Part shown: piece after piece, positions 13,301 to 26,500 of the stretch
How the letters are laid out: every line of letters begins with the position of its first letter
Position numbering within the stretch: the first letter of the stretch is position 1
Program-made: the position numbers and the translations under genes
The notes under the pieces: generated by a model
What the model saw: only the letters and a program-made list of their open reading frames with translations
Told to the model about the DNA's origin: nothing
The model's database searches: none
Source of the DNA: Eledone cirrhosa
Lineage: Eukaryota
Assembly: GCA_964016885.1 (NCBI GenBank)
Contig: OZ024750.1
Span: 41,540,001-41,604,000, forward strand
Length of the DNA: 64,000 nt
Direction: 5' to 3'

Positions 13301-16300
13301 AGTGACAGACTCTACACCCCAGTCTAGGTGGTATATCTCAGCTGGGAGTGACGACTCTTCACCCCAGTCTAAATGGTATATCTCAGCTGTGGCAGGGAGT
13401 GACAGACTATACACCCCAGTCTAGGTGGTATATCTCAGCTGTGGTGGGGAGTGACAGACTCTACACCCCAGTCTAGGTGGTATATCTCAGCTGGGAGTGA
13501 CAGACTCTACACCCCAGTCTAGGTGGTATATCTCAGCTGTGGTAGGGAGTGACAGACTCTACACCCCAGTCTAGGTGGTATATCTCAGCTGTGGCAGGGA
13601 GTGACAGACTCTACACCCCACTCTAGGTGGTATATCTCAGCTGTGGTGGGGACTGACAGACTCTACACCCCAGTCTAGGTGGTATATCTCAGCTGTGGTA
13701 GGGACTGACACACTCTACACCCCAGTTTAGGTGATATATCTCAGCTGTGGTGGGAGTGACAGACTCTACACCCCAGTCTAGACGGTATATCTCAGCTGTG
13801 GTAGGGAGTGGCAAACTCTACACCCCAGTCAAGGTGGTACATCTCAGCTGTGGTAGGGAGTGACAGACTCTACACCCCAGTCTAGGTGGTATACCTCAGC
13901 TGTGGTAGAGAGTGACAGACTCCACACCCCAGTCTAGGTGGTATATCTCAGCTGTGGTAGGGAGTGACAGACTCTACACCCCAGTCTAGGTGGTATATCT
14001 CAGCTGTGGCAGGGAGTGACAGACTCTGCACCCCAGTCTAGGTGGTATATCTCAGCTGTGGTAGGTAGTGACAGACTCTACACCCCAGTCTAGGTGGTAT
14101 ATCTCAGCTGTGGTAGGGAGAGGTAGACTCTACACCCCAGTCTAGGTGGTATATCTCAGCTGTGGTGGGGACTGATAGACTCTAAACCACAGTCTAGCTG
14201 GTATATCTCAGCTGTGGTAGGGAGTGACAGACTCTACACCCCAGTCTAGGTGGTATATCTCAGTTGTGGTAGGGAGTGACAGATTCTACACCACTGTCTA
14301 GAGGGTATATCTCAGCTGTGGTAGGGATTGGCAGACTCTACACCCCAGTTTAGGTGGTATATCTCAACTGTCGTAGGGAGTGACAGACTCTACACCCCAG
14401 TCTAGGTGGTATATCTCAGCTGTGGTAGTGAGTGACAGACTCTACACCCCAGTCTAGGTGGTATATCTCAGCTGGGAGTGACAGACTCTACACCCCAGTC
14501 TAGAGGGTATATCTCAGCTGTGGTAAGCAGTGACAGACTCTACACCCCAGTCTAGGTGGTATATCTCAGCTGTGGTAGGGAGTGACAGACCCTACACCCC
14601 AGTCTAGGTGGTATACCTCAGCTGTGGTAGAGAGTGACAGACTCTACACCCCAGTCTAGGTGGTATATCTCAGCTGTGGTAGGAAGTGACAGACTCTACA
14701 CCCCAGTCTAGGTGGTATATCTCAGCTGGGAGTTACAGACTCTACACCCCAGTCTAGAGGGTATATCTCAGCTGTGGTAGGGAGTGACAGACTCTACACC
14801 ACAGTTTAGGTGGTATATATCAGCTGTGGTAGGGACTGACAGACTCTACACCCCAGTCTAGGTGATATATCTCAGCTGTGGTGGGGAGTGACAGACTCTA
14901 CACCCCAGTCTAGGTGGTATATCTCAGCTGGGAGTGACAGACTCTACACCCCAGTCTAGAGGGTATATCTCAGCTGTGGTAGGGAGTGACAGACTCTACA
15001 CCACAGTCTAGGTGGTATATCTCAGCTGTGGTAAGGAGTGACAGACTCTACACCCCATTCTAGGTGGTATATCTCAGCTGTGGTAAGGAGTGACAGACTC
15101 TACACCCCAGTCTAGTTGGTATATCTCAGCTGTGGTGGGGACTGACAGACTCTACACCCCAGTCTACGTGGTATATCTCAGCTGTGGTAGGGAGTGACAG
15201 ACTCTACACCCCAGTCTAGGTGGTATATCTCAGCTGGGAGTGACAGACTCTACACCCCAGTCCAGGTGGTATATCTCAGCTGTGGTGAGGAGTGACAGAC
15301 TCTACACCCCAGTCTAGGTGGTATATCTCAGCTGTGAGTGACGACTCTACACCCCAGTCAAGGTGGTATATCTCAGCTGTGGCAGGGAGTGACAGACTCT
15401 ACACCCCAGTCTAGGTGGTATATCTCAGCTGTGGGAGGGAGTGGCAGACTCTACACCCCAGTCTAGGTGGTATATCTCAGCTGTGGTGGGGAGTGACAGA
15501 CTCTACACCCCAGTCTAGGTGGTATATCTCAGCTGTGGCAGGGAGTGACAGACTCTACACCCCAGTCTAGGTGGTATATCTCAGCTGTGGCAGGGAGTGA
15601 CAGACTCTACACCCCAGTCTAGGTGGTATATCTCAGCTGTGGTGGGGAGTGACAGACTCTACACCCCAGTCTAGGTGGTATATCTCAGCTGTGGCAGGGA
15701 GTGACAGACTCTACACCCCAGTCTAGGTGGTATATCTCAGCAGTGGCAGGGAGTGACAGACTCTACACCCCAGTCTAGGTGGTATATCTCAGCTGTGGGA
15801 GGGAGTGGAAGACTCTACACCCCAGTCTGGGTGGTATATCTCAGCTGTGGTAGGGAGTGACTGACTCTACACCCCAGTCTAGGTGGTATATCTCAGCTGT
15901 GGTAGGGAGTGACAGACTCCACACCCCAGTCTAGGTGGTATATCTCAGCTGTGGCAGGGAGTGACAGACTCCACACCCCAGTCTAGGTGGTATATCTCAG
16001 CTGGGAGTGACAGACTCTACACCCCAGTCTAGAGGGTATATCTCAGCTGTGGTAAGGAGTGACAGATTCTACACCCCAGTCTAGGTGGTATATCTCAGTT
16101 ATGGTGGGGACTGACAGACTCTACACCCCAGTCTAGGTGGTATATCTCTGCTGTGGTAGGGAGTGACAGACTCTACACCCCAGTCCAGCTGGTATATCTC
16201 CACTGTGGTAGGGAGTGACAGACTCTATACCCCAGTCTAGGTGGTATATCTCAGCTGTGGTAGGGAGTTGCAGACTCTACACCCCAGTCTAGGTGGTATA

Positions 16301-17800
16301 TCTCAGCTTTGGTAGGGAGTGACAGACTCTACACCCCAGTCTAGGTGGTATATCTCAGCTGTGGTAGGGAGTGACAGACTCTACACCCCAGTCCAGGTGG
16401 TATATCTCAGCTGTGGTGGGGAGTGACAGAATCTACACCCCAGTCTAGGTGGTATATCTCAGCTGTGGTGGGGAGTGACAGACTCTACACCCCAGTCTAG
16501 GTGGTATATATCAGCTGTGGTGGGGAGTGACAGACTCTACACCCCAGTCTAGGTGGTATATCTCAGCTGTGGTGGGGAGTGACAGACTCTACACCCCAGT
16601 CTAGGTGGTATATCTCAGCTGTGGTGGGGAGTGACAGACTCTACACCCCAGTCCAGGTGGTATATCTCAGCTGTGGTGGGGAGTGACAGACTCTACACCC
16701 CAGTCTATGTGGTATATCTCAGCTGTGGTGGGGAGTGACAGACTCTACACCCCAGTCTAGGTGGTATATCTCAGCTGTGGTGGGGAGTGACAGACTCTAC
16801 ACCCCAGTCCAGGTGGTATATCTCAGCTGTGGTGGGGAGTGACAGACTCTGCACCCCAGTCTAGGTGGTATATCTCATTGTGGTGGGGAGTGACCACTCT
16901 ACACCCCAGTCTAGGTGGTATATCTCAGCTGTGGTGGGGAGTGACAGACTCTACACCCCAGACTAGGTGGTATATCTCAGCTGTGGCAGGGAGTGACAGA
17001 CTCTACACCCCCGTCTAGGTGGTATATCTCAGCTGTGGTGGGGAGTGACTGACTCTACACCCCAGTCTAGGTGGTATATCCCAGCTGTGGTAGGGAGTGA
17101 CAGACTCTACACCCCAGTCTAGGTGGTATATCTCAGCTGGGAGTGACAGACTCTACACTCCAGTCCAGGTGGTATATCTCAGCTGTGGTAAGGAGTGACA
17201 GACTCTACACCCCAGTCTAGGTGGTATATCTCAGCTGGGAGTGACGACTCTTCACCCCAGTCTAAATGGTATATCTCAGCTGTGGCAGGGAGTGACAGAC
17301 TATACACCCCAGTCTAGGTGGTATATCTCAGCTGTGGTGGGGAGTGACAGACTCTACACCCCAGTCTAGGTGGTATATCTCAGCTGGGAGTGACAGACTC
17401 TACACCCCAGTCTAGGTGGTATATCTCAGCTGTGGCAGGGAGTGACAGACTCTACACCCCAGTCTAGGTGGTATATCTCAGCTGTGGTAGGGAGTGGCAG
17501 ACTCTACACCCCAGTCTAGGTGGTATATCTCAGCTGTGGTGGGGAGTGACAGACTCTACACCCCAGTCTAGGTGGTATATCTCAGCTGTGGTGGGGAGTG
17601 ACAGACTCTACACCCCAGTCCAGGTGGTATATCTCAGCTGTGGTAAGGAGTGACAGACTCTGCACCCCAGTCTAGGTGGTATATCTCAGCTGTGGTAGGG
17701 AGTGACAGACTCTACACCCCAGTCTAGGTGGTATATCTCAGCTGTGGCAGGGAGTGACAGACTCTACACCCCAGTCTAGGTGGTATATCTCAGCTGGGAG
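1400..17800 (+). repeat. Left sub-array: degenerate higher-order repeat, about 4 partial or complete copies, ~3-4.9 kb spacing
   Basis: Private markers recur in the same order: AGGTAGAC at 2149, 6863, 9829, 14121; TCTACGTGG at 3243, 8107, 11021, 15163. AAGCAGTG, GGAGTTAC, ATACCTC and GTGAGTGACGAC behave the same way. None was seen after ~17 kb. Confidence 0.88.
5960..11850 (+). repeat. Tandem duplication of a ~2.97 kb block (offset 2967/2966, then 2914 after loss of one monomer)
   Basis: TCTAAACCGC at 6351 and 9317 (2966); AGGTAGAC at 6863 and 9829 (2966); TCTACG at 8107 and 11021 (2914); TCTGGGTGG at 8920 and 11834 (2914). 2966-2914 = 52. Confidence 0.9.
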
Positions 17801-20800
17801 TGACAGACTCTACCAGTCTAGAGGGTATATCTCAGCTGTGGTGGGGAGTGACAGACTCGACACCCCAGTCTTGGTGGTATATCTCAGCTGTGGCATTGAA
17901 TGACAGACTCTACACCCCAGTCTAAATGGTATATCTCAGCTGTGGTAGGCACTGACAGGCTCTACACCCCAGTCTAGTTGGTATATCTCGGTTGTGGTAG
18001 GGAGTGACAGATTCTACACCCCAGTCTTGGTGGTATATCTCAGCTGTGGTAGGGAGTGACAGACTCCACACCCCAGTCTAGGTGGTATATCTCAGCTGTG
18101 GTAGGGATTGGCAGACTCTACACCCCAGTCTAAAGGGTATATCTCAGCTGTGGTAGGCACTGACAGGCTCTACACCCCAGTCTAGGTGGTATATCTCAGC
18201 TGTGGTAGGGATTGGCAGACTCTACACCCCAGTCTAGGTGGTATATCTCAGCTGTGGCAGGGAGTGACAGACTCTACACCCCAGTCTAGGTGGTATATCT
18301 CAGCTGTGGTAGGGAGTGACAGACTCTACACCCCAGTCCAGGTGGTATATCTCAGCTGTGGTAGGGAGTGACAGACTCTGCACCCCAGTCTAGGTGGTAT
18401 ATCTCAGCTGTGGTGGGGAGTGACAGACTCTACACCCCAGGCTAGGTGGTATATCTCAGCTGTGGTGGGGAGTGACAGACTCTACACCCCAGTCGAGGTG
18501 GTATATCTCAGCTGTGGTGGGGAGTGACAGACCCTACACCCCAGTCTAGGTGGTATATCTCAGCTGTGGTGGGGAGTGACAGACTCTACACCCCAGTCTA
18601 GGTGGTATATCTCAGCTGTGGTGGGGAGTGACAGACTCTACACCCCAGTCCAGGTGGTATATCTCAGCTGTGGTGGGGAGTGACAGACTCTACACCCCAG
18701 TCTAAGTGGTATATCTCAGCTGGGAGTGACAGACTCTACACCCCAGTCTAGAGGGTATATCTCAGCTGTGGTGGGGAGTGACAGACTCTACACCCCAGTC
18801 TAGGTGGTATATCTCAGCTGTGGCAGGGAATGACAGACTCTACACCCCAGTCTAGATGGTATATCTCAGCTGTGGTGGGCACTGACAGGCTCTACACCCC
18901 AGTCTAGGTGGTATATCTCAGCTGTGGTAGGGAGTAACAGACTCTACACCCCAGTGTAGGTGGTATATCTCAGCTGTGGTAGGGAGTGGCAGACTCTACA
19001 CCCCAGTCTAGGTGGTATATCTCAGCTGTGGTAGGGAGTGACAGACTCTACACCCCAGTCTAGGTGGTATATTTCAGCTGTGGTAGGGAGTGACAGACTC
19101 CACACCCCAGTCAAGGTGGTATATCTCAGCTGTGGTAGGGATTGGCAGACTCTACACCCCAGTCTAGAGGGTATATCTCAGCTGTGGTAAGGAGTGACAG
19201 ACTCTACATCCCAGTCTAGGTGGTATATCTCAGCTGTGGTAGGGAGTGGCAGACTCTACACCCCAGTCAAGGTGGTATATCTCAGCTGTGGTAGGGAGTG
19301 GCAGACTCTACACCCCAGTCTAGGTGGTATATCTCAGCTGTTGTGGGGAGTGACAGACTCTACACCCCAGTCTAGGTGGTATATCTCAGCTGTGGTGGGG
19401 ACTGACAGACACTACACCCCAGTCCAGGTGGTATATCTCAGCTGTGGTAAGGAGTGACAGACTGTGCACCCGAGTCTAGGTGGTATATCTCAACTGTGGT
19501 AGGGAGTGACAGACTCTACACCCCAGTCTAGGTGGTATATCTCAGCTGGGAGTGACAGACTCTACACCCCAGTCTAGAGGGTATATCTCAGCTGTGGTGG
19601 GGAGTGACAGACTCTACACCCCAGTCTAGTTGGTATATCTCAGTTGTGGTGGGGAGTGACAGATTCTACACCACAGTCTAGAGGGTATATCTCAGCTGTG
19701 GTAGGGAGTGGCAGACTCTACACCCCAGTCTAGGTGGTATATCTCAGCTGTGGTATGGAGTGACAGACTCTACACCCCAGTCTAGGTGGTATATCTCAGC
19801 TGTGGTAGGGATTGGCAGACTCTACACCCCAGTCTAGAGGGTATATCTCAGCTGTGGTAGGCACTGACAGGCTCTACACCCCAGTCTAGGTGGTATATCT
19901 CAGCTGTGGTAGGGAGTAAAAGACTCTACACCCCAGTGTAGGTGGTATATCTCAGCTGTGGTAGGCAGTGGCAGACTCTACACCCCAGTCTAGGTGGTAT
20001 ATCTCAGCTGTGGCAGGGAGTGACAGACTCTACACCCCAGTCTAGGTGGTATATCTCAGCTGTGGTGGGGAGTGACAGACTCTACACCCCAGTCTAGGTG
20101 GTATATCTCAGCTGTGGTAGGGAGTGACAGACTCTACACCCCAGTCTAGGTGGTATATCTCAGCTGGGAGTGACAGACTCTACACTCCAGTCCAGATGGT
20201 ATATCTCAGCTGTGGTAAGGAGTGACAGACTCTACACCCCAGTCTAGGTGGTATATCTCAGCTGTGGCAGGGAGTGACAGACTGTACACCCCAGTCTAGG
20301 TGGTATATCTCAGCTGTGGCAGGGAGTGACAGACTCTACACCCCAGTCTAGGTGGTATATCTCAGCTGGGAGTGACAGACTCTACACCCCAGTCTAGAGG
20401 GTATATCTCAGCTGTGGTGGGGAGTGACAGACTCTACACCCCAGTCTAGGTGGTATATCTCAGCTGTGGTGGGGACTGACAGACTCTACACCCCAGTCCA
20501 GGTGGTATATCTCAGCTGTGGTAAGGAGTAACAGACTCTGCACCCCAGTCTAGGTGGTATATCTCAGTTGTGGTAGGGAGTGACAGACTCTACACCCCAG
20601 TCTAGGTGGTATATCTCAGCTGTGGCAGGGAGTGACAGACTCTACACCCCAGTCTAGTTGGTATATCTCAGCTGGGAGTGACAGACTCTACACCCCAGTC
20701 TAGAGGGTATATCTCAGCTGTGGTGGGGAGTGACAGGCTCTACACCCCAGTCTAGGTGGTATATCTCAGCTGTGGCAGGGAATGACAGACTCTACACCCC

Positions 20801-23504
20801 AGTCTAGATGGTATATCTCAGCTGTGGTAGGCACTGACAGGCTCTACACCCCAGTCTAGGTGGTATATCTCAGCTGTGGTAGGGAGTAACAGACTCTACA
20901 CCCCAGTGTAGGTGGTATATCTCAGCTGTGGTAGGGAGTGGCAGACTCTACACCCCAGTCTAGGTGGTATATCTCAGCTGTGGTAGGGAGTGACAGACTC
21001 CACACCCCAGTCTAGGTGGTATATCTCAGCTGTGGTAGGGATTGGCAGACTCTACACCCCAGTCTAGAGGGTATATCTCAGCTGTGGTAAGGAGTGACAG
21101 ACTCTACATCCCAGTCTAGGTGGTATATCTCAGCTGTGGTAGGGAGTGGCAGACTCTACACCCCAGTCAAGGTGGTATATCTCAGCTGTGGTAGGGAGTG
21201 GCAGACTCTACACCCCAGTCTAGGTGGTATATCTCAGCTGTGGTGGGGAGTGACAGACTCTACACCCCAGTCTAGGTGGTATATCTCAGCTGTGGTGGGG
21301 ACTGACAGACACTACACCCCAGTCCAGGTGGTATATCTCAGCTGTGGTAAGGAGTGACACACTGTGCACCCGAGTCTAGGTGGTATATCTCAGCTGTGGT
21401 AGGGAGTGACAGACTCTACACCCCAGTCTAGGTGGTATATCTCAGCTGTGGCAGGGAGTGACAGACTCTACATCCCAGTCTAGGTGGTATATCTCAGCTG
21501 GGAGTGACAGACTCTACACCCCAGTCTAGAGGGTATATCTCAGCTGTGGTGGGGAGTGACAGACTCTACACCCCAGTCTAGGTGGTATATCTCAGCTGTG
21601 GCAGGGAATGACAGACTCTACACCCCAGTCTAGATGGTATATCTCAGCTGTGGTAGGCACTGACAGGCTCTACACCCCAGTCTAGGTGGTATATCTCAGC
21701 TGTTGTAGGGAGTAACACACTCTACACCCCAGTGTAGGTGGTATATCTCAGCTGTGGTAGGGAGTGGCAGACTCTACACCCCAGTCTAGGTGGTATATCT
21801 CAGTTGTGGTAGGGAGTGACAGATTCTACACCAGTCTAGAGGGTATATCTCAGCTGTGGTAGGGAGTGACAGACTCTACACCCCAGTCTAGGTGGTATAT
21901 CTCAGCTGTGGTAGGGAGTCACAGACTCTACACCCCAGTCTAGTTGGTATATCTCAGTTGTGGTAGGGAGTGACAGATTCTACACCAGTCTAGAGGGTAT
22001 ATCTCAGCTGTGGTAGGGAGTGGCAGGCTCTACACCCCAGTCTAGGTGGTATATCTCAGCTGTGGTAGGGAGTGACAGACTCTACACCCCAGTCTAGGTG
22101 GTATATCTCAGCTGTGGTAGGGAGTGACAGACTCCACACCCCAGTCTAGGTGGTATATCTCAGCTGTGGTAGGGATTGGCAGACTCTACACCCAAGTCTA
22201 GAGGGTATATCTCAGCTGTGGTAAGGAGTGACAGACTCTACATCCCAGTCTAGGTGGTATATCTCAGCTGTGGTAGGGAGTGGCAGACTCTACACCCCAG
22301 TCAAGGTGGTATATCTCAGCTGTGGTAGGGAGTGACAGACTCTACACCCCAGTCTAGGTGGTATATCTCAGCTGTGGTAGGGAGTGACAGACTCTACACC
22401 CCAGTCTAGTTGGTATATCTCAGCTGTGGTAGGGAGTGACAGACTCTACACCCCAGTCTAGGTGGTATATCTCAGCTGTGGTAGGGAGTGACAGATTCTA
22501 CACCCCAGTCTAGGTGGTATATCTCAGCTGGGAGTGACGACTCTGCACCCCAGTCTAGGTGGTATATCTCAGCTGTGGCAAGGAGTGACAGACTCTACAC
22601 CCCAGTCTAGGTGGTATATCTCAGCTGTGGTAGGGAGTGGCAGACTCTACACCCCAGTCTATGTGGTATATCTCAGCTGTGGTGGGGAGTGACAGACTCT
22701 ACACCCCAGTCTAGGTGGCATATCTAAGCTGTGGTAGGGATTGACAGACTCTACACCCCAGTCTAGTTGGTATATCTCAGTTGTGGTAGGGAGTGACAGA
22801 TTCTACACCACAGTCTAGAGGGTATATCTCAGCTGTGGTAGGGAGTGGCAGACTCTACACCCCAGTCTAGGTGGTATATCTCAGCTGTGGTAGGGAGTGA
22901 CAGACTCTACATCCCAGTCTAGGTGGTATATCTCAGCTGTGGTAGGGATTGGCAGACTCTACACCCCAGTCTAAAGGGTATATCTCAGCTGTGGTAGGCA
23001 CTGACAGGCTCTACACCCCAGTCTAGGTGGTATATCTCAGCTGTGGTAGGGAGTAACAGACTCTACACCCCAGTGTAGGTGGTATATCTCAGCTGTGGTA
23101 GGCAGTGTCAGACTCTACACCCCAGTCTAGGTGGTATATCTCAGCTGTGGCAGGGAGTGACAGACTCTACACCCCAGTCTAGGTGGTATATCTCAGCTGT
23201 GGTGGGGAGTGACAGACTCTACACCCCAGTCTAGGTGGTATATCTCAGCTGTGGTAGTGAGTGACAGACTCTACACCCCAGTCTAGGTGGTATATCTCAG
23301 CTGGGAGTGACAGACTCTACACTCCAGTCCAGATGGTATATCTCAGCTGTGGTAAGGAGTGACAGACTCTACACCCCAGTCTAGGTGGTATATCTCTGCT
23401 GTGGCAGGGAGTGACAGACTATACACCCCAGTCTAGGTGGTATATCTCAGCTATGGTGGGGAGTGACAGACTCTACACCCCACTCTAGGTGGTATATCTC
23501 AGCT

Positions 23505-26500
23505 GTGGCAGGGAGTGACAGACTCTACACCCCAGTCTAGGTGGTATATCTCAGCTGGGAGTGACAGACTCTACACCCCAGTCTAGAGGGTATATCTCAG
23601 CTGTGGTGGGGAGTGACAGGCTCTACACCCCAGTCTAGGTGGTATATCTCAGCTGTGGCAGGGAATGACAGACTCTACACCCCAGTCTAGATGGTATATC
23701 TCAGCTGTGGTAGGCACTGACAGGCTCTACACCCCAGTCTAGGTGGTATATCTCAGCTGTGGTAGGGAGTAACAGACTCTACACCCCAGTGTAGGTGGTA
23801 TATCTCAGCTGTGGTAGGGAGTGGCAGACTCTACACCCCAGTCTAGGTGGTATATCTTAGCTGTGGTAGGGAGTGACAGACTCCACACCCCAGTCTAGGT
23901 GGTATATCTCAGCTGTGGTAGGGATTGGCAGACTCTACACCCCAGTCTAGAGGGTATATCTCAGCTGTGGTAAGGAGTGACAGACACTACACCCCAGTCT
24001 AGTTGGTATATCTCAGCTGTGGTAGGGAGTGGCAGACTCTACACCCCAGTCAAGGTGGTATATCTCAGCTGTGGTAGGGAGTGGCAGACTCTACACCCCA
24101 GTCTAGGTGGTATATCTCAGCTGTGGTGGGGAGTGACAGACTCTACACCCCAGTCTAGGTGGTATATCTCAGCTGTGGTGGGGACTGACAGACACTACAC
24201 CCCAGTCCAGGTGGTATATCTCAGCTGTGGTAAGGAGTGACACACTGTGCACCCGAGTCTAGGTGGTATATCTCAGCTGTGGTAGGGAGTGACAGACTCT
24301 ACACCCCAGTCTAGGTGGTATATCTCAGCTGTGGCAGGGAGTGACAGACTCTACACCCCAGTCTAGGTGGTATATCTCAGCTGGGAGTGACAGACTCTAC
24401 ACCCCAGTCTAGAGGGTATATCTCAGCTGTGGTGGGGAGTGACAGACTCTACACCCCAGTCTAGGTGGTATATCTCAGCTGTGGCAGGGAATGACAGACT
24501 CTACACCCCAGTCTAGATGGTATATCTCAGTTGTGGTAGGCACTGACAGGCTCTACACCCCAGACTAGGTGGTATATCTCAGCTGTTGTAGGGAGTAACA
24601 CACTCTACACCCCAGTGTAGGTGGTATATCTCAGCTGTGGTAGGGAGTGGCAGACTCTACACCCCAGTCTAGGTGGTATATCTCAGCTGTGGTAGGGAGT
24701 CACAGACTCTACACCCCAGTCTAGAGGGTATATCTCAGCTGTGGTAGGGAGTGACAGACTCTACACTCCAGTCTAGGTGGTATATCTAAGCTGTGGTAGG
24801 GAGTAACAGACTCTACACCCCAGTCTAGTTGGTATATCTCAGTTGTGGTGGGGAGTGACAGATTCTACACCACAGTCTAGAGGGTATATCTCAGCTGTGG
24901 TAGGGAGTGGCAGACTCTACACCCCAGTCTAGGTGGTATATCTCAGCTGTGGTAGGGAGTGACAGACTCTACACCCCAGTCTAGGTGGTATATCTCAGCT
25001 GTGGTAGGGATTGGCAGACTCTACACCCCAGTCTAGAGGGTATATCTCAGCTGTGGTAGGCACTGACAGGCTCTACACCCCAGTCTAGGTGGTATATCTC
25101 AGCTGTGGTAGGGAGTAACAGACTCTACACCCCAGTGTAGGTGGTATATCTCAGCTGTGGTAGGCAGTGGCAGACTCTACACCCCAGTCTAGGTGGTATA
25201 TCTCAGCTGTGGCAGGGAGTGACAGACTCTACACCCCAGTCTAGGTGGTATATCTCAGCTGTGGTGGGGAGTGACAGACTCTACCCCCCAGTCTAGGTGG
25301 TATATCTCAGCTGTGGTAGGGAGTGACAGACTCTACACCCCAGTCTAGGTGGTATATCTCAGCTGGGAGTGACAGACTCTACACTCCAGTCCAGATGGTA
25401 TATCTCAGCTGTGGTAAGGAGTGACAGACTCTACAACCCAGTCTAGGTGGTATATCTCAGCTGTGGCAGGGAGTGACAGACTGTACACCCCAGTCTAGGT
25501 GGTATATCTCAGCTATGGTGGGGAGTGACAGACTCTACACCCCACTCTAGGTGGTATATCTCAGCTGTGGCAGGGAGTGACAGACTCTACACCCCAGTCT
25601 AGGTGGTATATCTCAGCTGGGAGTGACAGACTCTACACCCCAGTCTAGGTGGTATATCTCAGCTGTGGCAGGGAGTGACAGGCTCTACACCCCAGTCTAG
25701 GTGGTATATCTCAGCTGTGGTAGGGAGTGGCAGACTCTACACCCCAGTCTAGGTGGTATATCTCAGCTGTGGTGGGGAGTGACAGATTCTACACCCCAGT
25801 CTAGGTGGTATATCTCAGCTGTGGTGGGGAGTGACAGACTCTACACCCCAGTCCAGGTGGTATATCTCAGCTGTGGTAAGGAGTGACAGACTCTGCACCC
25901 CAGTCTAGGTGGTATATCTCAGCTGTGGTAGGGAGTGACAGACTCTACAACCCAGTCTAGGTGGTATATCTCAGCTGTGGCAGGGAGTGACAGACTCTAC
26001 ACCCCAGTCTAGGTGGTATATCTCAGCTGGGAGTGACAGACTCTACACCCCAGTCTAGGTGGTATATCTCAGCTGTGGCAGGGAGTGACAGACTCTACAC
26101 CCCAGTCTAGGTGGTATATCTCAGCTGGGAGTGACAGACTCTACACTCCAGTCTAGGTGGTGTATCTCAGCTGTGGTAAGGAGTGACAGACTCTACACCC
26201 CAGTCTAGGTGGTATATCTCAGCTGGGAGTGACGAGTCTACACCCCAGTCTAGGTGGTATATCTCAGCTGTGGCAGGGAGTGACAGACTCTACACCCCAG
26301 TCTAGGTGGTATATCTCAGCTGGGAGTGACAGACTCTACACCCCAGTCTAGAGGGTATATCTCAGCTGTGGTGGGGAGTGACAGGCTCTACACCCCAGTC
26401 TAGGTGGTATATCTCAGCTGTGGCAGGGAATGACAGACTCTACACCCCAGTCTAGATGGTATATCTCAGCTGTGGTAGGCACTGACAGGCTCTACACCCC

